A stretch of DNA of 64,000 nucleotides from a virus (IMGVR_UViG_3300013102_000030:32001-96000); one strand, 5' to 3'; shown: positions 40,353 through 52,074, counted from the first letter of the stretch. Numbers and translations are program-made. Notes: generated by a model not told the origin, from the letters alone.

Positions 40353-40808
40353 ATGTTCTGTAAATGTCAATGCCGTTATCTTCTCGCTATCGACCCCGGA
40401 TTGGCTACAGGCGTATGCCTGATCGATCTGGAAGATCCCGAGAATCCCAAGAAACTGTGGTCCTGTGAGTTGTCCATTACGGAGTTCTATGATACAATTT
40501 GGAACTCCATTGCGGACGGTGTCCATGTGGTGATTGAGGATTTCCGCATCACCACTGAAACGGGCAAGCTCACTGAAGCTCCATGGTCCTTGAACCTGAT
40601 TGGAGTTGTACAGTACGTCGCCTACCACAGGAAACGCACTGTCGATCTCCAGCTTCCATCACAGAAGCCCTTTGCGACTAACGACAGACTCAGAGCAGTA
40701 GATTTTTGGCATGTCGGAGGGGAAGGTCACGCAAATGACGCTCTCCGACATGCCATGATCTGGATCGTGAATCATAACAGGAAGTGGACAAAAAAGCTAC
40801 TACTGTGA
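40353..40808 (+). CDS. RuvC-like Holliday junction resolvase
   Basis: LLAIDPGLATG, VVIEDF, HANDALRH. Confidence 0.75.
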   Translation: MFCKCQCRYLLAIDPGLATGVCLIDLEDPENPKKLWSCELSITEFYDTIWNSIADGVHVVIEDFRITTETGKLTEAPWSLNLIGVVQYVAYHRKRTVDLQLPSQKPFATNDRLRAVDFWHVGGEGHANDALRHAMIWIVNHNRKWTKKLLL

Positions 40809-40814
40809 TACAAT
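40785..40814 (+). promoter_or_regulatory. SigA-like promoter
   Basis: TGGACA-18 nt-TACAAT; the TGn extension is the upstream TGA stop codon. Confidence 0.55.
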
Positions 40815-40841
40815 GTTGACTTAGTTGACGAATAGAGAATA

Positions 40842-42701
40842 ATGGCACTAACCGCTGAGATCAGTGCAACTGATCCCACTAAGATAAAGATAACATACGC
40901 TGACCGAAGACTCAACCAGTTGATGAATTCGATCCCGTCAGCGCACTTCAACAAAGATGAGACATGGGATTATGCGCTAACATGGCATACCTGCTTGGCT
41001 CTTCAAAGCACTCTCAAAGGCAAGCTTGAGATCGGCCCCAACCTTAGGTCTTGGGTAAACGAACTCTACACTAACACAATTCTTCCAGCTTACAACATGC
41101 GGTCGGAGATCACTCCGGCTGGATGGGAAGAAGTGATGCCTGACCTGAAGCTCTTCCCTCACCAGAAGGGAGACGTTGCGTTCCTGTCCAGAGTCTTGAG
41201 AGGATTCCTCTTCAACGGCATGGGATCAGGGAAGTCAATCTCTTCCATGTCGGCTATCCGGCAGATGTACGCAGATGGACATGATGTGTTTCCGCTGCTC
41301 ATTGCCTGCCCGAACTCTACAAAGTTCTCGTGGGCAAAGGAAATTGAGAAGGTATGGCCGGGACTTGAGATCCATGTGATCGATGGTACGGCTACTCAGC
41401 GCCGCAAGGCATTTGAGACACCGGCTCACGTGTACATCATCAACTGGGAATCCATCCGGTCCCACTCAAAGCTCAAGCCTTACGGTGGCGCTCCACCTTT
41501 GAAGCGCTGCACCGAGTGCAAGGGACTGGACAACAAGATCAAGCCTGCTTCCTGTGAAGCGCACGTCAAGGAACTGAATGAGATTGACTTCAAGTCAGTC
41601 ATTGGTGATGAGATCCACCGGATCAAGGACCCTGCTTCAAAGACTTCTCGTGCGTTCAAGGCAGCAACCGGTAACGCTCCAATCCGTATCGGCCTGTCTG
41701 GTACTCCGTTGGCATCGACACCGGAGGATTTGTATTCTCCGCTACACTGGATGTTCCCTGAGGCATTCCCGTCCAAGAACAAGTTCATTGAGCGTATGTG
41801 CATCACAGCAGACGCTGCATGGGGCGGCAGGATCGTAATCGGAATCCGTCCAGAGATGGAGCAGGAGTTCTTCAACGGTCTTGATCCCTTCAGCAGGCGT
41901 ATGCCTAAGGAAGTCATTCTTCCATTCCTTCCGCCGATTGTCCATCAACGCAGAGATGTTGAGATGGGTACCAAGCAGAAGAAGGCGTACGAGCAAATGC
42001 GGGACCAGATGATCGCGGAGGTTGAGGCTGGAGACGTTGTCTACACCACTTCCCCGCTGACCAAGATGACCCGTCTGCTTCAGTTTGCTTCTGCCTACGC
42101 AGAGGTAGAGTATCGAGACTGGTACAATCCAGCGCTCGGTGAAGTAGAGAAGGACAAGCCGTATGTCCGTCTGGCAGACCCTTCCGCGAAGCTTGATGCT
42201 TTCATGGAAGACTTGCCTGACTTTGGTGATGAGTCTCTTGTCATCTTTGCAGTCTCCTCCCAGCTTATCAACATGCTATCAGCACGGTTGACTAAAGCCA
42301 AGATCCCACACGGTCTTATTACGGGAGATCAGGATGCCAAGGAGCGAGAGATGCACATGACCAACTTCCAAGCTGGTCACACCAAGTACATCCTGTGCAC
42401 CATTGCAGCAGGCGGAACAGGTATCACCCTGACGGCTGGCAGCACTGCTGTCTTCCTTCAGCGCTCTTGGTCAATGATCGAGAACTTGCAGGCTGAGGCA
42501 CGTGTCCACCGTATCGGATCGGAGAAGTTCGATTCCATCCGGATTATGGACTACGTCACCAAGGACTCTGTTGAAGAGCTTGTCTTCAAGGCTGTTGAAG
42601 CCAAAACGGACCAACTGGAATTCATCCTCCGTGACAAGGAGATGATCCGCAAGTTCCTGAACCATGAACTATCACTAAAACCAGAACCGAAAGCAGCATG
42701 A
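40842..42701 (+). CDS. SNF2-family helicase/ATPase
   Basis: GMGSGKS, DEIH, LSGTP, GGTGITLT, QAEARVHRIG. Confidence 0.92.
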   Translation: MALTAEISATDPTKIKITYADRRLNQLMNSIPSAHFNKDETWDYALTWHTCLALQSTLKGKLEIGPNLRSWVNELYTNTILPAYNMRSEITPAGWEEVMPDLKLFPHQKGDVAFLSRVLRGFLFNGMGSGKSISSMSAIRQMYADGHDVFPLLIACPNSTKFSWAKEIEKVWPGLEIHVIDGTATQRRKAFETPAHVYIINWESIRSHSKLKPYGGAPPLKRCTECKGLDNKIKPASCEAHVKELNEIDFKSVIGDEIHRIKDPASKTSRAFKAATGNAPIRIGLSGTPLASTPEDLYSPLHWMFPEAFPSKNKFIERMCITADAAWGGRIVIGIRPEMEQEFFNGLDPFSRRMPKEVILPFLPPIVHQRRDVEMGTKQKKAYEQMRDQMIAEVEAGDVVYTTSPLTKMTRLLQFASAYAEVEYRDWYNPALGEVEKDKPYVRLADPSAKLDAFMEDLPDFGDESLVIFAVSSQLINMLSARLTKAKIPHGLITGDQDAKEREMHMTNFQAGHTKYILCTIAAGGTGITLTAGSTAVFLQRSWSMIENLQAEARVHRIGSEKFDSIRIMDYVTKDSVEELVFKAVEAKTDQLEFILRDKEMIRKFLNHELSLKPEPKAA

Positions 42702-43513
42702 CAGAACCTGTAGAAGAAAAAGTAACGACGGTCACCCCTGTGGATCTCTCCAACATCACACTTGAACCCGCTGAATTCCGCAGCGACGTGAAGGCTGTGC
42801 TGGTGGACTCCATGGGCGGTGAACACTCCATCACCCGCAGGGCACGTGTCAGTGTTCAGGGTGAAGGAAGCCTTGAATGGGATGAAGATGAGCAGATCGT
42901 CATCCCGAAGACCATTCTGGACGGTTCCGACATCGGACTGATCAAGTGGCTCTACCGTAACCAGCACGGCACTCCATTTGAAGGTCCGGAGTTTGAATGG
43001 TACTTTGAGGTACCTGTGTTTGTCTCCCGTCAGATCGTCAAGCACCGCCTCTCGTCCATCAATGAGGAATCCGGCAGGTATCGCACCATGCGCGGCCAGT
43101 TCTACGTTGTTCCGGACACTGGCGAACGTCCTCTGGTACAGGTCGGCAAGACCGGTAACTACGAGTTCGAACTTGGCCGTCCTGACCAGCTTGACGCTAC
43201 CCGTTGGGTGCAGAAGAGCACGGCTGAGGCCGCGTGGGAGAACTATCAGAAGCTCTCTGAGTACGGTATCGCCAAGGAAGTTGCTCGTATGCACCTTCCG
43301 GTCTCCCTGTACTCGTCCATGTTCTTCAAGGCCAACCTCCGGAGCATGCTCAACTTCCTGTCCCTCCGTAAGGACTGGGGCGAGGATGCAGTGCATCCCT
43401 CCAAGGCTCAGTACGAGATCGCTCTTCTGACCGATCAGATCGCTGAGGTCATCAAGAAGAAGTTCCCCACTGTGTGGGAGTGCTTCGTTGAGAGCGGCTA
43501 TCAGGCCGTTTGA
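42698..43513 (+). CDS. thyX: FAD-dependent thymidylate synthase
   Basis: H.TPFE, RQIVKHRLSSINEESGRY, EVARMHLP, AQYEI. Confidence 0.93.
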   Translation: MTEPVEEKVTTVTPVDLSNITLEPAEFRSDVKAVLVDSMGGEHSITRRARVSVQGEGSLEWDEDEQIVIPKTILDGSDIGLIKWLYRNQHGTPFEGPEFEWYFEVPVFVSRQIVKHRLSSINEESGRYRTMRGQFYVVPDTGERPLVQVGKTGNYEFELGRPDQLDATRWVQKSTAEAAWENYQKLSEYGIAKEVARMHLPVSLYSSMFFKANLRSMLNFLSLRKDWGEDAVHPSKAQYEIALLTDQIAEVIKKKFPTVWECFVESGYQAV

Positions 43514-43536
43514 CTCTGACAAACAGATAGGCTAGA

Positions 43537-44508
43537 ATGGGATACAACACAGAGCCTTTCTTGGGGAAGAATCCGGAGTCGGTGTCCATCACCAACTCCG
43601 AGATTCAGACCTTCAAGGATTGCAAACGTAAATGGTGGCTGGGGAACTATCGCGCCCTGAAGCCAAAGAAAAAGACCGTCATGGGTCCGCTGTCGCTCGG
43701 TTCTCGCATTCACAATGCGCTGGAGCAGTTCTACACCACAGGTGAGAATCCAGTAGATGCCTATGAACGGTACCAGCGAGCAGATAACGAACTGTTCCTC
43801 CAGTCAAGGGATTCATCGTTCGAAGAGAACGTGAAGAAGTTCAACTCCGAAGCAGAACTTGGGCGACTTATGCTTGAGGGCTACATGGAGTGGCTGGCGG
43901 AAGAAAATCCAGATGCTGATCTGGAAGTTATCGGTGCTGAGAAGAAGCTCTCAATCCGCCTTCACGGCTTTGACGAGCGTGTAGAACTGATGGGTAAGAC
44001 TGACCTCAAGGTGAAGAGGCGGTCCAGTGGGGCACATGCTCTGCTTGACCACAAGAGCGCTCAGTCGTTCAACTCCTACTATGAGACCTCTCATATGTCG
44101 GAACAGTTGATGCTCTATGTTCTGCTTGAAAAGTCAGACAAGGTGAACGGTGATCCTAACGTTGACGGCGGTATTTACAACCTCCTCAAGAAGGTGAAAC
44201 GTTCAGGATCTGCTAAGCCTCCATTCTACGAACGTATGGATGTCCGGTTCAATGACAAGACTCTTGAGTCTTTCTGGATTAGGACTTTGGGAACGGTTCG
44301 TGATATAATGGAACTAAGAGATCGGCTTGACGCTGGCGAGGACCACAGGTTCTACGCATATCCAAGCCCTACCAAAGATTGCACATGGAAATGCCCATTC
44401 TTCCAAGTGTGTCCAATGTTTGATGATGGATCATCCGCTGAAGCAATGCTTGAAGAGATGTTTGAGCAAGTCGATCCAAACGCGCGTTATGAAGAAGAAG
44501 AAAACTAA
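43537..44508 (+). CDS. Cas4/RecB-like PD-(D/E)XK exonuclease
   Basis: FKDCKRKW, GSRIH, GKTDL..LDHKS, QLMLY, C..KCPF..VC. Confidence 0.85.
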   Translation: MGYNTEPFLGKNPESVSITNSEIQTFKDCKRKWWLGNYRALKPKKKTVMGPLSLGSRIHNALEQFYTTGENPVDAYERYQRADNELFLQSRDSSFEENVKKFNSEAELGRLMLEGYMEWLAEENPDADLEVIGAEKKLSIRLHGFDERVELMGKTDLKVKRRSSGAHALLDHKSAQSFNSYYETSHMSEQLMLYVLLEKSDKVNGDPNVDGGIYNLLKKVKRSGSAKPPFYERMDVRFNDKTLESFWIRTLGTVRDIMELRDRLDAGEDHRFYAYPSPTKDCTWKCPFFQVCPMFDDGSSAEAMLEEMFEQVDPNARYEEEEN

Positions 44509-44523
44509 AGAGAGCGGTATTCA

Positions 44524-45345
44524 ATGGCCGAAAGAGCCGTAAGCGCCCTCCTGCACGGACTAGCTGGTGCAGGCAAAACAAGACTAGGAACTTCAGCCCC
44601 CAAACCTCTACTCTTCATTGACGTAGAGAAGGCTGCAAGGTTCATCAAGGGCCGAAAGATCCGATGGAACCCCCTCACTGAGGTAGTACCTGTAAACGAT
44701 GGTACATGGGATATCTGCGTTGTCAACGTGGATGAGTACAACAAAGCCGCTAAGGCTTACGAAGTACTGAAGAGCAAGAATCACCCGTTCCGATCTGTAC
44801 TTGTTGACTCCGTGTCTGAACTTCAGTCCAAGGCTGTTGAAGACATCAAGGGCCGTCAGCAGTTCCAGACTCAGGACTGGGGAAAGCTTCTCTCCCGTCT
44901 GTCATTCTTCTGTCGAGACATGCGTGACTTGACTGAGGATGAGGGTAACACTATTGAAGCTGTGATCATGACCGCCATGTCCAAGGACTACGACGGTATT
45001 ATCAAGCCCTACCTTCAGGGACAGATCGCGGCACAGGTTGCCTACTGGTTCGATATCACCGGATATCTTTACGTCCAGCAGCTTCCTGATCCTGCCACAG
45101 GAGAACTCAAAGACGTTCGAATGCTCCTCATTGGTAACCACCCGAACTACGAGGCCAAGTGCCGAGTACCGGATCTGCCACCAGTGATTGAGAATCCGGA
45201 CATCTCCCGACTTCTCGATGAGATCTTTGGACCTGACGGCACCAACTTGCAGCAGGCAGTCGAAGCTCCGGCCCAGACAGCTATCGCTGCGCCTCCTCCA
45301 CAAGAGGTACCAGTTCCAGCAGGAATGCCGGAACCACCGAGCTAG
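44524..45345 (+). CDS. Sak4-like AAA ATPase (recombination/annealing protein)
   Basis: GLAGAGKT, IDVE, VDSVSE, QDWG, AKCR; lies between the exonuclease and SSB. Confidence 0.8.
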   Translation: MAERAVSALLHGLAGAGKTRLGTSAPKPLLFIDVEKAARFIKGRKIRWNPLTEVVPVNDGTWDICVVNVDEYNKAAKAYEVLKSKNHPFRSVLVDSVSELQSKAVEDIKGRQQFQTQDWGKLLSRLSFFCRDMRDLTEDEGNTIEAVIMTAMSKDYDGIIKPYLQGQIAAQVAYWFDITGYLYVQQLPDPATGELKDVRMLLIGNHPNYEAKCRVPDLPPVIENPDISRLLDEIFGPDGTNLQQAVEAPAQTAIAAPPPQEVPVPAGMPEPPS

Positions 45346-45409
45346 ATCATCTATCTCAAACCATACAACTAAATATCACTAACCACAAGAATAATTGACG
45401 ATAGGAAAT

Positions 45410-46063
45410 ATGCAAATGCCCGCACAGAACTGGAAAGACCTGATGGACAAGGCCAACGAAGGCGCAAAGGAATTTGCGATCCTTGACGAAGGCATGTACA
45501 ACTTTGTCGTGAAGGACCCCGCCAAGGTTGGCACCACCAGCAAGAACAACCTCAAGCTCACCATCAACCCGTCCGTTGAATCCGGCCCCCGTGCGAACGC
45601 TCGCGTTTGGCACGACTTCTCGGTCAGCGACAGCGCGTACGCCATGAAGAACTTCTTCTTCGGTGACCTTGCCACGCTGGGTCTTGGCCCGAGCTTCTTT
45701 GAGACCAACCCGTCTCCCGAGCAGATCGCTTCCGCTCTTCAGGGCAAGCGCTTCGTCGCTCAGGTCGTCCACAAGGTAGGTACTGACGGCAAGACCCGTC
45801 CGAACCTTGAGAACATCTCTCCGGCTGTGGGTGCTGCACCTACCGCAGGCGTTCCCGGTGGCCTTCCTCAGGCCACAGGAGTTCCGGCAGGTCTTCCTGT
45901 AGCACAGGCCGCTCCTGCGGTCGCTCAGGCGGCTCCTGTAGCCGCTACGGCCAGCCCGTGGGAGACTGCACCGGCTCCGGCAGCACCGGCTGCTCCTGCT
46001 GCCCCTCAGGTAGCACAGAGCGCCACCATCCCGCTTCCTCCGGGCCTGCCGTTCGGTAACTAA
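45410..46063 (+). CDS. Putative ssDNA-binding protein (DUF669-like) with Pro/Ala-rich tail
   Basis: F.ILDEG.Y..V..VESGP...ARVW; ATG at 45410 or 45416 after AGGA; synteny with Sak4. Confidence 0.65.
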   Translation: MQMPAQNWKDLMDKANEGAKEFAILDEGMYNFVVKDPAKVGTTSKNNLKLTINPSVESGPRANARVWHDFSVSDSAYAMKNFFFGDLATLGLGPSFFETNPSPEQIASALQGKRFVAQVVHKVGTDGKTRPNLENISPAVGAAPTAGVPGGLPQATGVPAGLPVAQAAPAVAQAAPVAATASPWETAPAPAAPAAPAAPQVAQSATIPLPPGLPFGN

Positions 46064-46075
46064 CCCTTACTGAAT

Positions 46076-46115
46076 AAGTGTGTCCCTGTGACTTCGGTTG
46101 CAGGGACACACTTTT
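46076..46115 (+). terminator. Rho-independent terminator
   Basis: AAGTGTGTCCCTGTGAC-ttcg-GTTGCAGGGACACACTT plus T-tract. Confidence 0.8.
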
Positions 46116-46151
46116 CCTTTACCCTGAAAAACCACTAAGAAAAGGTCAACC

Positions 46152-46574
46152 TTGACGAACACTTCCCCAGAACTCAGTGCCATCGAAGGCATCCGATTTC
46201 TGACTGAACTTTGCGGTTCCGATGCCCAGAAGAAGGGCTGGCACGAGGACCGTCCAGAAGATCCCACACTTCTGAAGATCTGGCAGGGCAACAAGCTCAT
46301 GCTGATGGTCTCCGAGCTTGTAGAAGCTCACGATGAGATCCGCACCGGCCACGCGGCCAACGAAACGTACCACCCTGACGCTCCTGCTCCCGGAACTATC
46401 ACGACAGCGGAAGTCAAGCTGTACAAGCCTGAAGGTGTCCCCTCCGAACTGGCTGACACGGTCATCCGAATCCTTGACTTCTGCTACACTGAGAAGATCG
46501 ACCTTGGGCAGATCATCGAAGAGAAGCTGGCCTACAACCGCACCCGAGCCTACAAGCACGGTAAGCAGTTCTAA
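46152..46574 (+). CDS. MazG-like nucleotide pyrophosphohydrolase
   Basis: LMVSELVEA, ELADTVIRILD, KLAYN..R.YKHGK. Confidence 0.85.
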   Translation: MTNTSPELSAIEGIRFLTELCGSDAQKKGWHEDRPEDPTLLKIWQGNKLMLMVSELVEAHDEIRTGHAANETYHPDAPAPGTITTAEVKLYKPEGVPSELADTVIRILDFCYTEKIDLGQIIEEKLAYNRTRAYKHGKQF

Positions 46575-46575
46575 C

Positions 46576-47013
46576 ATGCTAACCTTTGCAGATGACCACG
46601 AGGGCCTGAAGGCGAGACTTGCCTCAATCGGCTATGATGAAGACTCTGAGCTTGTCAAAGCCATCCTAGCCGTCCATATCACCTTGAGCAGCTACAAGCT
46701 GTCTCCGGAAGACCAGTCGGTAGCGTTGGAACTGCTCAGCAAGTCAGGACGTGCAGCGTTGAAGTCTGCACCGAGTTTCGATGAAAACTCATGGCGCGAT
46801 TTCGACTACGGAAACGTCAAGATTGGTGACTTTGTGCGAGTCAAAAAAGACGCATACGACTCCCCCACAGGAGTCAGACACAACGGATTGGTGGGGGTTC
46901 TGAAGTTCATGTCGAACAACCAGTGCTCCGTTGAGTACATCGGACTTGCGTCCGGAAACACCATGAAGCATCCCATGGGAAGACTTGAGTCTTTGAAAAG
47001 GAGTGTACAATAG
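46576..47013 (+). CDS. Hypothetical protein with SH3/KOW-like C-terminus
   Basis: ATG at 46576 right after the MazG stop; VKIGDFVRVK. Confidence 0.6.
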   Translation: MLTFADDHEGLKARLASIGYDEDSELVKAILAVHITLSSYKLSPEDQSVALELLSKSGRAALKSAPSFDENSWRDFDYGNVKIGDFVRVKKDAYDSPTGVRHNGLVGVLKFMSNNQCSVEYIGLASGNTMKHPMGRLESLKRSVQ

Positions 47014-47044
47014 AAGACCATCGATTTATGAGGAGTATCCCAGC

Positions 47045-47296
47045 ATGACCATTACCGTCTTTTCCAAGCCTGCCTGCACTCAGTGCAACGCCACCTACCG
47101 CGCCCTTGACAAGAAGGGTCTCGTGTACAATGTCATCGACATTTCACAGGATGAGGCAGGTCTTGAGCGACTGAAGGCTCTTGGCTTCCAGCAGGCACCT
47201 GTTGTTGAAGCCGGAGACGATAGCTGGTCTGGCTTCCGTCCGGACAAGATCGAAGAGCTAGCGCTCGCGGCTGCACCGGCTGAACAGGCCGCATAA
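47045..47296 (+). CDS. nrdH: Glutaredoxin-like NrdH
   Basis: MTITVFSKPACTQC..QAPVV..WSGFRPD; GAGGAG RBS. Confidence 0.95.
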   Translation: MTITVFSKPACTQCNATYRALDKKGLVYNVIDISQDEAGLERLKALGFQQAPVVEAGDDSWSGFRPDKIEELALAAAPAEQAA

Positions 47297-47703
47297 TGCT
47301 GCTGGTGTATTTCAGTTCTGTAACTGAGAACACCAGCCGATTCATAGAAAAACTTGACGTACCTGCTCTGAGAATCCCCCTGAAGGTCTCTGATGCTGCT
47401 GAATTCAGTGTCGATGAAGACTACATTCTCGTGACCCCGACATACGGGTCCGGAAGGGTTCCGGGGCAGGTCGTCAAGTTTTTGAATGTCGAGCACAATC
47501 GTGTAAGATGTAAAGGTGTGATCGGTTCCGGTAACAGGAACTTCTATGAGGATTTTGCTAAGGCTGGAGACATCATCTCTGCCAAGCTACAGGTGCCTCT
47601 CCTCTATCGATTCGAACTAGCAGGCACCCCTGAAGACATAACCAAGACTAAAGAAGGACTGAACGCGCTCTATGGCGAAAGTAACCGAAGAAAGCCCAAT
47701 TGA
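47296..47703 (+). CDS. nrdI: Flavodoxin-like NrdI
   Basis: [30 protein letters not shown]. Confidence 0.95.
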   Translation: MLLVYFSSVTENTSRFIEKLDVPALRIPLKVSDAAEFSVDEDYILVTPTYGSGRVPGQVVKFLNVEHNRVRCKGVIGSGNRNFYEDFAKAGDIISAKLQVPLLYRFELAGTPEDITKTKEGLNALYGESNRRKPN

Positions 47704-49813
47704 ACTGAATGCGGCCCTCAACCTGTGGGGTCCGGACGGAAAGGTCCAGTTCGATAAAGACAAGGAAGCTGCCAAGCAGTTCTTCCTTCAGGAAGTAAAC
47801 CCGACCACTCAGCACTTCTATACACTAGAGGAAAAGTTGACGTTCCTCTACGACAACGGTTACTACGAGCGCGAAGTCTTTGAGCAGTACGACTTCAACG
47901 ACCTCAAGAGCCTGTACCAGCTTGTCTACAGCTACAAGCCGCGCTTTGAATCCTACTTCTCCGCATTCAAGTACGACAAGCAGTATGGCATGAAGTCCTT
48001 CAACGGCAAGACCCGTCTGGAGCGCTTTGAGGATCGTGTTGTCGCCAACGCAGCACTGCTTGGTCAGGGTGATGTCACCCTTGCCCGTAAGATCGCTGTA
48101 GAGATCGTCACAGGCCGTCTCCAGCCTGCCACTCCCACGTTCGGCAACGCTGGCAAGAAGCAGCGTGGAGAGTTCGTCTCCTGCTTCCTGCTCCGTCTGG
48201 AAGACAACATGGAGTCCATCGGACGTGCCATTGTCTCCTCACTCCAGCTTTCCAAGCGCGGTGGCGGTGTAGCCCTGCTGCTGACCAACCTGCGCGAGAT
48301 GGGTTCTCCCATCAAGCAGATCGAGAACCAGTCCTCGGGCATCATCCCTGTGATGAAGCTTCTGGAAGACAGCTTCTCCTACGCAAACCAGCTTGGCGCA
48401 CGACAGGGAGCCGGTGCTGTCTACCTGAACGCACACCACCCTGACATTCAGCGGTTCCTTGACACCAAGCGTGAGAACGCTGACGAGAAGATCCGAATCA
48501 AGACCCTCTCCCTTGGTGTCGTGGTTCCGGACATCACGTACGAACTTGCCAAGAACAACGAAGAGATGTATCTCTTCTCACCTTACGACGTACAGAAGGT
48601 CTACGGCAAGCCTTTCGCTGACATTTCTGTCACCGAGAAGTACCGTGAGATGGTTGCTGATTCCCGAATCAAGAAGAGCAAGTTCGAAGGTGGCGCTCGC
48701 GGCTTCCTTCAGCAGACTGCGGAACTCCTGTTCGAATCCGGCTACCCGTACATCCTCTTTGAAGACAACGCAAACCGGGCACACGCGAACGGTGAGCTTG
48801 GACGCATCAACATGTCCAACCTCTGCACCGAGATCCTTCAGGCGAACGCCCCAGCAGAGTTCTACGAGGATCTGTCTTACAAGACATGGGGCCGCGACAT
48901 CTCGTGTAACCTTGCATCCCTGAACATTGCGAAGACAATGGAGGGTGGCAACCTTGCTGAGACCGTCTCTACGGCCATCCGTGCCCTCTCTGCCGTCTCC
49001 GATCTGTCATCCATCAACTCTGTCCCCTCTGTCCGTGAGGGCAACCGTTCAAGCCGCGCAATCGGCCTTGGACAGATGAACCTGCATGGATTCTTCATCA
49101 AGCACGGTTGGAAGTATGGTAGCCCGGAATCTCTGGACTTCACCAACGCCTACTTCATGACTGTTGCGTACCACGCGTACAAGGCATCCATGGAGCTTGC
49201 CAAGGAGACCGGAAGCCCGTTTGACGGATTCGAAAAGTCCAAGTACGCTGATTTCCGGTACCTCAAGACCAAGTATGCTCCCAGTGAAGGGATGTCTTAC
49301 CCGAACGCTGAGACTGAAAAGCTCTTCGCGGATTACGGCATCTCTACACCTACTTGGGCTGACTGGACTCAGCTTGCTCATGAGATCGCTGAGCACGGTC
49401 TCTACAACGCATACCTTCAGGCGATTCCTCCGACCGGATCTATCTCCTACGTCAACTACAGCACGTCCAGCATCCACCCGGTTGCTCAGGCTGTTGAGAC
49501 CCGCAAGGAAGGTTCCACTGGCCGCGTCTACTTCCCGCAGCCGTACGTCACCAACGACAATTACAATGAGATTGAAGACGCATACTCGGTTGGCCCGAAC
49601 AAGACCATCGATGTCTACGCGGAAGCAACGAAGCACGTTGATCAGGGCCTGTCTCTGACACTGTTCTTCCCGGACACCGCAACGACTCGTGACATCAACA
49701 AGGCACAGATGTACGCATGGAAGAAGGGCATCAAGACGCTCTACTACAGCCGCGTCCGCCAGTCCGACCTTGCCGGAACTGAGCTAGAGGGCTGCGTTTC
49801 CTGCGCTCTCTAA
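47672..49813 (+). CDS. nrdE: Class Ib ribonucleotide reductase alpha subunit
   Basis: QPATPT, VSCFL, SNLCTE, ISCNL, PTGSIS, KTLYY and C-terminal CVSC. Confidence 0.96.
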   Translation: MAKVTEESPIELNAALNLWGPDGKVQFDKDKEAAKQFFLQEVNPTTQHFYTLEEKLTFLYDNGYYEREVFEQYDFNDLKSLYQLVYSYKPRFESYFSAFKYDKQYGMKSFNGKTRLERFEDRVVANAALLGQGDVTLARKIAVEIVTGRLQPATPTFGNAGKKQRGEFVSCFLLRLEDNMESIGRAIVSSLQLSKRGGGVALLLTNLREMGSPIKQIENQSSGIIPVMKLLEDSFSYANQLGARQGAGAVYLNAHHPDIQRFLDTKRENADEKIRIKTLSLGVVVPDITYELAKNNEEMYLFSPYDVQKVYGKPFADISVTEKYREMVADSRIKKSKFEGGARGFLQQTAELLFESGYPYILFEDNANRAHANGELGRINMSNLCTEILQANAPAEFYEDLSYKTWGRDISCNLASLNIAKTMEGGNLAETVSTAIRALSAVSDLSSINSVPSVREGNRSSRAIGLGQMNLHGFFIKHGWKYGSPESLDFTNAYFMTVAYHAYKASMELAKETGSPFDGFEKSKYADFRYLKTKYAPSEGMSYPNAETEKLFADYGISTPTWADWTQLAHEIAEHGLYNAYLQAIPPTGSISYVNYSTSSIHPVAQAVETRKEGSTGRVYFPQPYVTNDNYNEIEDAYSVGPNKTIDVYAEATKHVDQGLSLTLFFPDTATTRDINKAQMYAWKKGIKTLYYSRVRQSDLAGTELEGCVSCAL

Positions 49814-49818
49814 TCTGA

Positions 49819-50841
<1,023 letters not shown>

Positions 50842-50844
50842 CTC

Positions 50845-50873
50845 TTGAATGCTAGGCATCCCGGAGATATACT
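50845..50873 (+). promoter_or_regulatory. SigA-like promoter
   Basis: TTGAAT-17 nt-TATACT. Confidence 0.55.
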
Positions 50874-50909
50874 TCCCACTGTAAGTGATATCACTGCAAG
50901 GGAGGAACT

Positions 50910-51272
50910 ATGTTTTGGGAAATACTGCTGATAGCTGTCGCCGCCTACGCTGTGGGAGGCATCCTCTGCATCACAACCCTTACAAGGGATGAGTATCGGA
51001 GGATGAGGCTGAAGAATCCGGATAAACCGGAGCCTCAGGTCCGCAGCGAAGCGGCAACTCAAGGATGGGGAAACTCCCTGTTTTGGCCGGTCTTTCTGAT
51101 GATGCACATCAGCGAGAGGGCCTTGGACAGAGATGCCAAGGTCGAAGAGATTGATCAACGCACCAAGCAGATCCTTGGTGAGCTTCGTGATCCTTTGGGA
51201 TGGGAGCACCAGTTTGATCAAGCAGCCCACGAAGCTGCCGTGAATAAATTCCTCTCCGGCGAAGGGAAATAA
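50910..51272 (+). CDS. Hypothetical membrane protein
   Basis: N-terminal hydrophobic helix, GGAGG RBS. Confidence 0.7.
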   Translation: MFWEILLIAVAAYAVGGILCITTLTRDEYRRMRLKNPDKPEPQVRSEAATQGWGNSLFWPVFLMMHISERALDRDAKVEEIDQRTKQILGELRDPLGWEHQFDQAAHEAAVNKFLSGEGK

Positions 51273-51310
51273 CGGAAAGTCCAACTACTTCGGTGGTTGG
51301 ACTTTTCGTT
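51271..51310 (+). terminator. Terminator overlapping a promoter for a probable leaderless mRNA
   Basis: AACGGAAAGTCCAACTAC-ttcg-GTGGTTGGACTTTTCGTT; TGGACT-17-TAGACT ends 6 nt before ATG 51333. Confidence 0.65.
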
Positions 51311-51332
51311 TCTCTTCCTGTAGACTGAGGCT

Positions 51333-51755
51333 ATGAGAATCGGAATTGATATTGGAAACGTGATCATTGGAGGACAAGGTGTAGATACAACATTCTTTAC
51401 GGAAGACTACCTGAAGACTCCTGAGGTTGAGGGAGCGTGGCAGGCTCTGTCGCTTCTGCGTCACAAGCACGAGTTGCACGTAATCTCCAAGTGTGGCATA
51501 GTCGTAGAAGCTAAATCGCTGAAGTGGTTGGATGTCAACGGATTCTACTGGTCCCTGAAGGCCCACCGTATCCACTTCGTTCGTAAGCGCCATCTGAAAG
51601 CTCCGATGGCACAGGCTCTTGAGCTTGACATCTTCATCGATGACCGTCAGGACATCATTGACAGCATGCAGGGAATAGTTGAGCATCCGATCTTGTTCAT
51701 CTCATGGGACCAAACCATGGCTGAACTGGAGAAGATCTTTGCTACACAAGGGTGA
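51333..51755 (+). CDS. HAD-superfamily hydrolase (nucleotidase-like)
   Basis: IGIDIGNVI, VISK, FIDDR. Confidence 0.75.
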   Translation: MRIGIDIGNVIIGGQGVDTTFFTEDYLKTPEVEGAWQALSLLRHKHELHVISKCGIVVEAKSLKWLDVNGFYWSLKAHRIHFVRKRHLKAPMAQALELDIFIDDRQDIIDSMQGIVEHPILFISWDQTMAELEKIFATQG

Positions 51756-51906
51756 CATCGTAAAGGTAGTCTGTGAAGACTACGAAAAGCTGGGGTTGAT
51801 TTCTGAAGACCCTGATGGTAGAATGGTTCGTGTCGGAAAGAACTGGTTCGACCTTGAGAACTGCGAAGTAACTGTTCTTCACAGTGAGGTTGACACGGAA
51901 AACTGA
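51736..51906 (+). CDS. Small SH3-like hypothetical protein (start uncertain)
   Basis: LLHKGDIVKVV.. reading frame fills the gap before the RNA island. Confidence 0.4.
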   Translation, partial: SLLHKGDIVKVVCEDYEKLGLISEDPDGRMVRVGKNWFDLENCEVTVLHSEVDTEN

Positions 51907-51919
51907 CATGTGGTACAAT
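51890..51919 (+). promoter_or_regulatory. Strong SigA-like promoter opening the RNA island
   Basis: TTGACA-18-TACAAT with a TGG extension; predicted +1 near 51926, the first base of Y-like RNA 1. Confidence 0.8.
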
Positions 51920-51925
51920 GGATAT

Positions 51926-51992
51926 ACACGAAGCGCTTGGGAAGAGTTACTTCTTTGGGTGAAATCACACTCTTGCCGTCTTTTTCTCGTGT
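51926..51992 (+). ncRNA. Y-RNA-like RNA 1 (minimal, 67 nt)
   Basis: P1 ACACGA/TCGTGT, GAAGCG, P2 AAGAG/CTCTT, TTACTTC, 3' TTCTC. Confidence 0.8.
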
Positions 51993-51997
51993 CTCCT

Positions 51998-52070
51998 AGG
52001 TTCGTAGCTCAATTGGTAGAGCGTCGGTCTCCAAAACCGAAGGTTGCAGGTTCAAGTCCTGTCGGGCCTG
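51998..52070 (+). tRNA. tRNA-Trp(CCA)
   Basis: Cloverleaf, anticodon arm TCGGT-CTCCAAA-ACCGA. Confidence 0.93.
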
Positions 52071-52074
52071 CAAG

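Noticed and set aside
42551-43522. 323-aa minus-strand ORF opposite thyX, and similar antisense ORFs elsewhere
   Set aside because: Shadow ORFs of well-supported + strand genes.
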